NCBI GenBank assembly: GCA_965261085.1 | Contig: OZ253442.1 | Span: 416,001-480,000 of the forward strand | DNA from: a bacterium | Lineage (GTDB): Bacteria; UBA8248 | Reading direction: 5' to 3' | Length of the DNA stretch: 64,000 nucleotides | Part shown: positions 57,652-64,000 of the stretch, piece by piece | How positions within the stretch are numbered: position 1 is the stretch's first letter | Layout of the letters: every line of letters starts with the position of its first letter | Notes under the pieces: model-generated | Seen by the model: only the letters and a program-made list of their open reading frames with translations | What the model was told of the DNA's origin: nothing | The model's database searches: none | Position numbers and translations under genes: made by a program

Positions 57652-58641
57652 TTGCGTGTATTCTACATCGCCGCATGTCTGGCCGGCATCGCCGTTATCG
57701 GCACGATCGGCTATACCCTGATTGAGGAATGGGACGTCGTCGATTCTTTCTACATGACGATAATCACCCTCACGACGGTGGGCTACGGCGAGGTGCGCGA
57801 GCTGAGCCTGGCGGGACGCATGTTCACCGTAGCGCTCTTGCTCGTAGGCGTGGGCATGGTGTTCTACGGCGCAGCGACCATCGCCGAGGCGAGGTTCGAA
57901 GAGCGGATACGTCAGATTTTCGGGAGGCGAAAACTGGTGAAAGAACTCGATAAACTCGAAAACCATCACATTATCTGCGGGTATGGGCGCATCGGCTCCA
58001 CCGTCGCGGGAGAATACGCCAGAGAGTCGATGCCCCACGTCATTATCGAGAGCGACGAGTCCATCGCCTCGCATCTCGATCAGGAGGGGAAACTCGTTAT
58101 CCTCGGTGACGCCACGCTCGATGAAACCCTCATCGAGGCGCAAGTGGAGAAGGCCAGGAGCCTCGTCTGCGCCCTGCCCACGGACGCGGAAAACGTGTTC
58201 GTCACCCTCACGGCGCGGGCGCTCAACCCCAATCTCTTCATCCTGAGCCGCGCCGCTCGTGAGAGTTCCATCGGCAAGATGGAGGCGGCGGGCGCGAACC
58301 GCGTGGTCTCGCCCTACATCATGGGCGGCATGCGCATTGCGCAGTCCGTCCTGAGGCCCAAGCTCGCCGGTTTTATCGACGAGGTGATCGGCCACGCGAC
58401 GACGGACTTAGACTTCGACGAGGTGACCGTGCCCGAAGGTTCGAACCTGGTCGGCATGGCGCTCAGGGAATCGAAGATCAGCCAGGAGACAGGCGTGTAC
58501 CTGCTATCCATCCGCCACAGCAGCGGGGAAATGCGCTTCAACCCGGGGGCCGATTTTCAGATCCAGGCGGGAGACCACCTCTACGCCCTGGGCACGCCCG
58601 AGGAGGTGGAATCCCTGCGCAGGCGCGTTCACGCGAAGTAG
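57652..58641 (+). CDS. Potassium channel with TrkA-N/TrkA-C (RCK) domains
   Basis: Selectivity filter TTVGYG, HIICGYGRIG, GDAT, C-terminal TrkA-C (FNP...GD.L). Confidence 0.93.
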   Translation: MRVFYIAACLAGIAVIGTIGYTLIEEWDVVDSFYMTIITLTTVGYGEVRELSLAGRMFTVALLLVGVGMVFYGAATIAEARFEERIRQIFGRRKLVKELDKLENHHIICGYGRIGSTVAGEYARESMPHVIIESDESIASHLDQEGKLVILGDATLDETLIEAQVEKARSLVCALPTDAENVFVTLTARALNPNLFILSRAARESSIGKMEAAGANRVVSPYIMGGMRIAQSVLRPKLAGFIDEVIGHATTDLDFDEVTVPEGSNLVGMALRESKISQETGVYLLSIRHSSGEMRFNPGADFQIQAGDHLYALGTPEEVESLRRRVHAK

Positions 58642-58653
58642 CAACCGCCCCCA

Positions 58654-59388
58654 CTACCCGAGGGCGTTCAGCTTCAACCCCTCCGCCAGACGCAGGAGTT
58701 TGGCTGCGGTCTCGGTTCCCGGAGCTGCGCGCGCGATAATCTCATCCACCCCCGCAAGGTGGGGAATCACGCCCAAAAGTGGAGCCTCCTCCCCACAAAG
58801 CGCGGCGATGGCCGCCGGATTTCGCTCCGCCGCCGGCGTGGCCTCCCCCGTCGTGTCGGATAAGATGACGCCCAGGATTTGAAGTCCCTGCCTCCCGGCT
58901 TCGCGCACGCTCAAAAGAGTGTGGTTGATGCTCCCGAGCCCCAGCGGGGCGACGAGCACAAGGGGCAGATTCGCGCGGCGCGCCAAATCGCTCATCAAGA
59001 CGCCTTCGGCCAAAGGGGCCAGAAGACCACCCGCTCCCTCCACGAGCAGGGGCCTCCCTTCTTCTCGGAGCGCTTCTATCGAACCTGCGATGCTTTCTAA
59101 ATCGGGCGCCCCGCCCTCGCGCTCCGCCGCGTGAGCGGGCGTCAAGGGAATTTCGTATCGGTAGGGGCAAATCTCATGCACATCCCGTGGGTCGCCCGAG
59201 GCCGTCTTGAGGGCCAGAGCGTCGCGGGGAACGAGGCGACCGCCCTCGAGCGCACAGCCCGATTCGGCCGGCTTGATGACCCTGGGGCTTCGGCCCTGCG
59301 CCGCCCAGTGAGCCGCGATAATACAGCCCGCCACCGTCTTTCCCACGCCGGTTCCCGTTCCGGTCAAAAAAATGGCAATATCGGACAT
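58654..59388 (-). CDS. bioD: Dethiobiotin synthase
   Basis: TGTGTGVGKT, KPAESG, VEGAGG, LGSINHTLLS. Confidence 0.95.
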   Translation of the reverse strand: MSDIAIFLTGTGTGVGKTVAGCIIAAHWAAQGRSPRVIKPAESGCALEGGRLVPRDALALKTASGDPRDVHEICPYRYEIPLTPAHAAEREGGAPDLESIAGSIEALREEGRPLLVEGAGGLLAPLAEGVLMSDLARRANLPLVLVAPLGLGSINHTLLSVREAGRQGLQILGVILSDTTGEATPAAERNPAAIAALCGEEAPLLGVIPHLAGVDEIIARAAPGTETAAKLLRLAEGLKLNALG

Positions 59389-59414
59389 TGGGGGAACCTC
59401 ATGAGGAGCAATAA

Positions 59415-59645
59415 GTGACGCACGCCAAAACCATCGACCTCACGGGCGAAACCTGCCCCATGAACTGGGTGCGAACGAAACTCACGCTCGAGTCGATGGC
59501 GCCGGGCGATACGCTCGAAGTATGGCTCGACCCGGGCGAACCCGCCACCAGCGTCCCCAAAAGCGCCGCCGCCGAAGGCCACGCCATACAGAGCGCGACG
59601 CCCGAGCCGGAGGGCCGCGTCCGCGTCGTCATAAGGAAGGGGTGA
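59415..59645 (+). CDS. TusA/SirA family sulfur carrier
   Basis: IDLTGETCPMN, GDTLEVWLD, VIRK. GAGGAG RBS. Confidence 0.9.
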   Translation: MTHAKTIDLTGETCPMNWVRTKLTLESMAPGDTLEVWLDPGEPATSVPKSAAAEGHAIQSATPEPEGRVRVVIRKG

Positions 59646-59767
59646 CCTAATACCCCACATTCAAGCACTTTTCTGCTTATTTCTGGACCGACCGCTGCAT
59701 TTCTGCTGTTGACTTAATAACAACATTCCTTCATCTTCGAGGAGGATAAAACAAAAGGGGGCGAATC

Positions 59768-60256
59768 ATGAAATGCAGAGAATGCGGACAAGACTACATG
59801 GAATCAACGGGAGACTACCATTTCAAGTCATCCGGACTGGATAACGCATACATCCAGGATGCGAATCTCATTAACTGCGGATGCGGCGTCGGGCTGAAAA
59901 TCAGGGGTATGGGTTCCGTGCTGGATGAACTCGGGAACGCCGTCATAAACAAGCCGGGGCCCCTCAATGGGCCGGAAATTCGCTACTTGAGAAAAAATGC
60001 AGGTTTGAGCGCCCGGGAGTTCGCCAGAATGCTGGAGGTGAACCACACCACGCTCTCCAAATGGGAAAACGGAAGAGCGCCCGGGCGACCGAACGACCTG
60101 TTGATTCGCCTCGTCTATGCGGCATGGAAAGGGTACGAACACCCGAAACGGATTTTCGATATTTTCGAAAAAGTGCGCAAACAGAGAAAACGGAACTTCG
60201 ACATCAAACTCATTCCCGCCGCCAGGGAGGGTTTCGAGGTCGAATACGCCGTATAG
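59768..60256 (+). CDS. MqsA/YgiT-type Zn-ribbon plus XRE HTH protein (antitoxin-like)
   Basis: CRECG...CGCG, SGLDN, LNGPEIRYLRK, A.MLEV..TTLSKWENG, DLLIRL. Confidence 0.85.
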   Translation: MKCRECGQDYMESTGDYHFKSSGLDNAYIQDANLINCGCGVGLKIRGMGSVLDELGNAVINKPGPLNGPEIRYLRKNAGLSAREFARMLEVNHTTLSKWENGRAPGRPNDLLIRLVYAAWKGYEHPKRIFDIFEKVRKQRKRNFDIKLIPAAREGFEVEYAV

Positions 60257-60376
60257 GTAATCGCTTCCATATATTTGAAGGCGTCCCTTTTCCCCGCTCA
60301 TGGAATAGTGGGCGTCGCCACCAACCAAGCCAAAACGACTACTGAACAAGCAAGCAGGTCGATTCAACACATCTAC

Positions 60377-60531
60377 GCCAAATAGTGTGTCAAACAACGT
60401 GTCAAATAGCGTGTCAAATAATGTTAAATATGATTTGATTTTATCAGATATAATTTGACAATCATATTATATTCATATATTTAGTAATTAGTATTTGCTG
60501 TTAAATTGCGTGCCAAATAAATCGCCAAATA
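60377..60531. repeat. 12-bp periodic GYCAAATA repeat array flanking the Fic promoter
   Basis: Units at 60377, 60389, 60401, 60413 (plus a degenerate one at 60423) and at 60500, 60512, 60524. An inverted copy, ATTTGACA at 60453-60460, contains TTGACA. Confidence 0.85.
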
Positions 60532-60540
60532 GGAGGTAAA

Positions 60541-61731
60541 ATGGATTGGGTGAAATTTGATTTCGAATATCGTTACGAAAATTCGGACCTTAGAAATACG
60601 ATCGTCTCCATAGAAGCGTCCAAAGAAGCGGCCATGAGTCTCGTTCTACCACCTGATTGGAGAGAGACGCTGAACAAACTGAACCGCGTTCGCGCGATTC
60701 ATGGCACCACGGCCATTGAAGGAAATCCCCTTTCAGAAGCCGAAGTTTCACGACAAATCGAGATTCAAGAACAATCCGTCCATCATCCGGATACAACGAC
60801 ACTTAGCAAGGAACAAATTCAGATCAGAAACGCCGGGGACGCGCAAGCGTGGATTCAAGATAGGTTCAAACCCAGCAGCGGCCCTTTCACCTTCTCTGAC
60901 ATTTTGAAAATGCACAAAATGATTACCGAGAATGCGGACATGACCGACAATATGCCCGGAAACCTGAGAGCTTTTTCGGTTACCGTCGGAAGCCCATCTC
61001 TGGGAGGCGTTCACCGGGGGGCGCCACATGAGCAATTACCAGGCTTGATGAGCAAATACATCGAATTCTTGATATCCCGCCAAATGGAGGCGGAACACCC
61101 CGCCATTCGGGCATTGCTGGCGCATTTTTTCCTGGTGACAATCCACCCGTTCGGCGATGGGAACGGCAGAACCTCGCGTCTGGTGGAGGCAGGGATATTA
61201 TTTCAGGGGGGGTATAACGTACACGGGTTCTATGGGCTGTCGAATTATTTCTATCGCCACGACGATGAATACAAGAGGTTGCTTCAAAAGTGCAGAGAAA
61301 AACAGCCCTTCGACGTTACCCCGTTTATTGCTTTCGGCTTGCAGGGATTCATGGAGGAGTTGAGGGGAATCAACAATTTCATCAAGACGAAGCTGAATCG
61401 AGTCATCTATCGAAACATGCTGGTTCAGGCGCGCAACAAGAAGATATCCGAAAGGAGATATCTGATTAACGACAGGGAATACAATCTTCTTGATTTTTTA
61501 ATCACAGAAACCGAACCCGTCGATCCGTTTTCCGAGCAACCCTCGAAGATGATCGGTATACAGGAGTTGTTCGAATCCCCATACATTCGAGGAGCATACA
61601 GAAACGTAACTACTAGAACTCTCGTAAGAGAGCTAACGCGACTGGCGCAGTCCGGTTTCATTAAATTCTCGGACACACCATCCAATGGATGGGTTATCGA
61701 ACTGGACTTCGACGCCATCGGGAAATACTAA
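60541..61731 (+). CDS. Fic family protein with autoinhibitory motif and C-terminal wHTH
   Basis: HPFGDGNGRTSR catalytic motif; TTAIEGN inhibitory motif; C-terminal VTTRTLVRELTRLAQSGFI. AGGAGG RBS. Confidence 0.93.
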   Translation: MDWVKFDFEYRYENSDLRNTIVSIEASKEAAMSLVLPPDWRETLNKLNRVRAIHGTTAIEGNPLSEAEVSRQIEIQEQSVHHPDTTTLSKEQIQIRNAGDAQAWIQDRFKPSSGPFTFSDILKMHKMITENADMTDNMPGNLRAFSVTVGSPSLGGVHRGAPHEQLPGLMSKYIEFLISRQMEAEHPAIRALLAHFFLVTIHPFGDGNGRTSRLVEAGILFQGGYNVHGFYGLSNYFYRHDDEYKRLLQKCREKQPFDVTPFIAFGLQGFMEELRGINNFIKTKLNRVIYRNMLVQARNKKISERRYLINDREYNLLDFLITETEPVDPFSEQPSKMIGIQELFESPYIRGAYRNVTTRTLVRELTRLAQSGFIKFSDTPSNGWVIELDFDAIGKY

Positions 61732-61732
61732 A

Positions 61733-62449
61733 TTGACTTTCCTATCCGACCCGCAGATTTGGGCGGCGCTCTTCACGCTCACGGCGCTGGAAGTGGTGCT
61801 CAGCATCGACAACGTGATCTTCATCTCCATCGTCTCGGCGCGCCTGCCCGAAGCGGAAGCCTCGCGCGCGCGAAGGCTGGGTCTCATCGGCGCGCTGGCG
61901 ATGCGGGTGTGCCTTCTTCTCAGTATCGTCTGGCTGGCGCAACTCAGAACGCCCGCCTTTCATCTATTCGGCCTGGGGGTCACCTGGCGGGACTTGATCT
62001 TCCTGGGCGGCGGGCTGTTTCTACTCGCCAAGGGAACGTATGAAATTCACCATACCATCGAGGGAGAAGAAGACGCGCGGGATTCGGGGGCCAAAAGTTT
62101 CGCCTCCGTCATCGCGCAGATCATGGTGCTGGACCTCGTCTTCTCGCTCGATTCCATCATCACCGCCGTGGGAATGACGGACAATATTCCCGTGATGATA
62201 TGCGCCATCATCATCGCCATCGCCATCATGCTGGGGGCGGCGAATTCGGTGAGCGCCTTCATCGAGCGGCACCCGACCTCGAAGATGCTGGCGCTTTGTT
62301 TTTTGCTGCTCGTGGGCGTCGCGCTCATCGCCGATGGGCTGCACTTCCACATACCGAGGGGGTATCTCTATTTCGCGATCTGCTTCTCCATCCTGGTGGA
62401 AAGCCTGAACCTCTGGGTGAAAGCAAGACGCAAAACCACGAAGGCGTAG
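61733..62449 (+). CDS. TerC family membrane protein
   Basis: LTALEVVLSIDN, GGLFLLAK, DLVFSLDSIITAVG, HIPRGYLY. TTG start at 61733 inferred. Confidence 0.93.
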   Translation: MTFLSDPQIWAALFTLTALEVVLSIDNVIFISIVSARLPEAEASRARRLGLIGALAMRVCLLLSIVWLAQLRTPAFHLFGLGVTWRDLIFLGGGLFLLAKGTYEIHHTIEGEEDARDSGAKSFASVIAQIMVLDLVFSLDSIITAVGMTDNIPVMICAIIIAIAIMLGAANSVSAFIERHPTSKMLALCFLLLVGVALIADGLHFHIPRGYLYFAICFSILVESLNLWVKARRKTTKA

Positions 62450-62489
62450 ACGGGAGGGGTTGCCCGCTCGCGGCTTTATGTTCCTCTAT

Positions 62490-62969
62490 TTACGGCAGCG
62501 GCTCGTCCCTGAGCCAGCGGGCGAGGGCCTTTTCGGGGTCTGCTATCTCATCGAGCGAGGTGTAGAAGTAAGCCTCCCAGCCGACCTCGGGCAGGCCGGT
62601 GAAGATCATGAGGTTCAGCGGATAGCTCTCACAATCGGTGCAGCGCCTGAAATCATCGCGAAACAAGAAGACGGGCTTTCCCCAGGCGACGGCCATGCCG
62701 AGTTCCACCATCACGCCCTCATCCGGCGGGCAGCCGTTCACCACGCCGAAAAAACCCGCCGACTCGCGCACGTCGCGCATGTCATCCTGGCCCACGCGGT
62801 ACGCCCAGCCGGGACTCGCGAGCCGCTCGGGCTGGTTGTTGCGGGTAAACGGCTCCCACACCTCCGCGCCTACGGCCTCAAGCGCCGCCACCAAGGCGGG
62901 CAGAGGCCCCTCACGCTGTTGTAGGGAAAAGCCGTAAGGACTGGCCAGATACAGGGTCTTCTCCGTCAT
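62490..62969 (-). CDS. Nucleoside 2-deoxyribosyltransferase family protein
   Basis: LYLASPYGFS, D..DV, PDEGVMVELGMA, DDFR, NLM. Confidence 0.88.
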   Translation of the reverse strand: MTEKTLYLASPYGFSLQQREGPLPALVAALEAVGAEVWEPFTRNNQPERLASPGWAYRVGQDDMRDVRESAGFFGVVNGCPPDEGVMVELGMAVAWGKPVFLFRDDFRRCTDCESYPLNLMIFTGLPEVGWEAYFYTSLDEIADPEKALARWLRDEPLP

Positions 62970-63129
62970 GCTCACCCCCTCTCCTCTATCATTCACCTCG
63001 CGCCATCAATAAGGGAGCGCGCACCATACTCCCACACGATGAGAAGGGCCGTCCAGCGCAGACCCGGCCACTCCCGAGCCCATCAGTTCACCCACAGCGC
63101 CTCCTTCAAGCGCAAGTGGGCGTTCGGCC

Positions 63130-64000
63130 TCACTTCACGTTCTCGCCGAAGACGGCGAAGGCCAGCCCCGCGCACAGCGCCAGACCCGCGCCGACGTGGA
63201 GCAGCGTCACGAACCCCCAGATCGGGAGCAGCCAGCCCGCCGCGAGCGCGCCGAGCGTGGAGCCGACCCCCCAGGTGGCGGCGCTGTAGAGGGATTGCGC
63301 CGTGTTCTTCGTCGCGGGGCTGCTCAGGCGGTCGACGTACTGAATCGCGCCCGCGTGAAAGACGCCGAAGGCGACGCCGTGTAAAAGCTGGATGAGGATG
63401 AGCAGAAAAGCGTCCGTCGTGAGGGCGACGAACTCCCACCTCAGGCCTGCGGCCATCATGCCGACGGCTATCATCCACTTGAGGCCGAACCTCGTCTGTA
63501 TGGCCTGCGCGTAGATGAGGAAAAATATCTCGCTCACCACGCCCACCGTCCACGCCAGGGCGATCAGGTCCGCCGACATGCCCAACTCTTTAAGCCTGAT
63601 GCTGAAATAAATCCCAAAGGGCCCTGCGGACATCGAGGCGAACGTCGTCGTGAGGAGGAAGACGGCGAGCGGGCTGCTGCGGAGCAAAAGGCTCAGGTCG
63701 GCCCTAAAGCGCGGGCGCGCGCGGCCCGTCTCCTTCGGCAGATGGAAGATCACGAAAATGAGCAGAAGGCCCACGCACGCCACCACCGGAAAGATGGAGG
63801 CGACCTCGGTGGTCTCCACCAGGCGGCCCGCGCCCATGGCCGCGACGATGAAGCCCAGCGAACCCCACAGGCGCACCCGGCCGTATTGCGCGCCCGTGGC
63901 CTCGATCTCGCGCAGGCAAAGATTCTCGGCTATCGGCACGAGGGGGGCTCTCAGGGCGGAGAAGAATGTGATCAACACGAACAGGGCGACAAAACCGCTC
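63130..64000 (-). CDS. MFS transporter (HcaT/PPP-like), 5' end outside the window
   Basis: YGRVRLWGSLGF, GVVSEI, IQLLHG, AQSLY, many TM helices. Confidence 0.88.
   Translation of the reverse strand, partial: SGFVALFVLITFFSALRAPLVPIAENLCLREIEATGAQYGRVRLWGSLGFIVAAMGAGRLVETTEVASIFPVVACVGLLLIFVIFHLPKETGRARPRFRADLSLLLRSSPLAVFLLTTTFASMSAGPFGIYFSIRLKELGMSADLIALAWTVGVVSEIFFLIYAQAIQTRFGLKWMIAVGMMAAGLRWEFVALTTDAFLLILIQLLHGVAFGVFHAGAIQYVDRLSSPATKNTAQSLYSAATWGVGSTLGALAAGWLLPIWGFVTLLHVGAGLALCAGLAFAVFGENVK

Noticed and set aside
59828-60397. 189-aa minus-strand ORF starting in the repeat array
   Set aside because: Antisense to the MqsA-like gene; its start derives from the DNA repeat and it has no recognisable domain.
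60377-60531. CRISPR array or plasmid-origin interpretation of the 12-bp repeats
   Set aside because: Units are too short and have no unique spacers; no cas or rep gene is nearby.
63000-63130. GC-rich hairpins between the NDT and MFS genes as a possible SRP RNA or other ncRNA
   Set aside because: No SRP helix-8 or tRNA consensus; such stems are expected at this GC content.

Overview
This window is a gene-dense chromosomal segment of a GC-rich diderm bacterium: it has a complete tolQRAB-pal-cpoB operon, and the gene content loosely resembles Nitrospinota/Tectomicrobia-like or deltaproteobacterial lineages, though the taxonomy is a guess. Core genes include uvrA (partial), typA, a cyclophilin, glyA, galU, ligA, the tol-pal operon, slt, anmK, nagA and bioD. 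Catabolic genes include two luciferase-like monooxygenases, an orphan xanthine-dehydrogenase-family large subunit, a tungsten aldehyde-oxidoreductase operon (FeS-FAD-AOR-MoaD), an amidase, a CoA transferase, two M20 hydrolases and a D-aminoacylase. Two small accessory islets stand out, each with a repeat array over an AT-rich promoter. The first (351-2401) is an AbiE-like pair: a nucleotidyltransferase plus a PD-(D/E)XK-like/HTH/AbiEi protein, with four alternately oriented TGAAA-N13-TGAAA boxes. The second (59650-61731) is an orphan MqsA-type Zn-ribbon/HTH gene plus a Fic-wHTH gene preceded by a 12-bp periodic GYCAAATA array. Other leads are a sensorless pseudo-histidine kinase, a signal-less orphan DctP, a small ORF coupled to the amidase, a TM-acidic-TPR protein within a peptidoglycan-recycling cluster that has no murQ in the window, and actinobacterial-type PAC2 and DUF3151 genes. 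I recognised no tRNA, rRNA, CRISPR array, integrase or transposase. All calls come from motif recognition by eye; no database searches were run.
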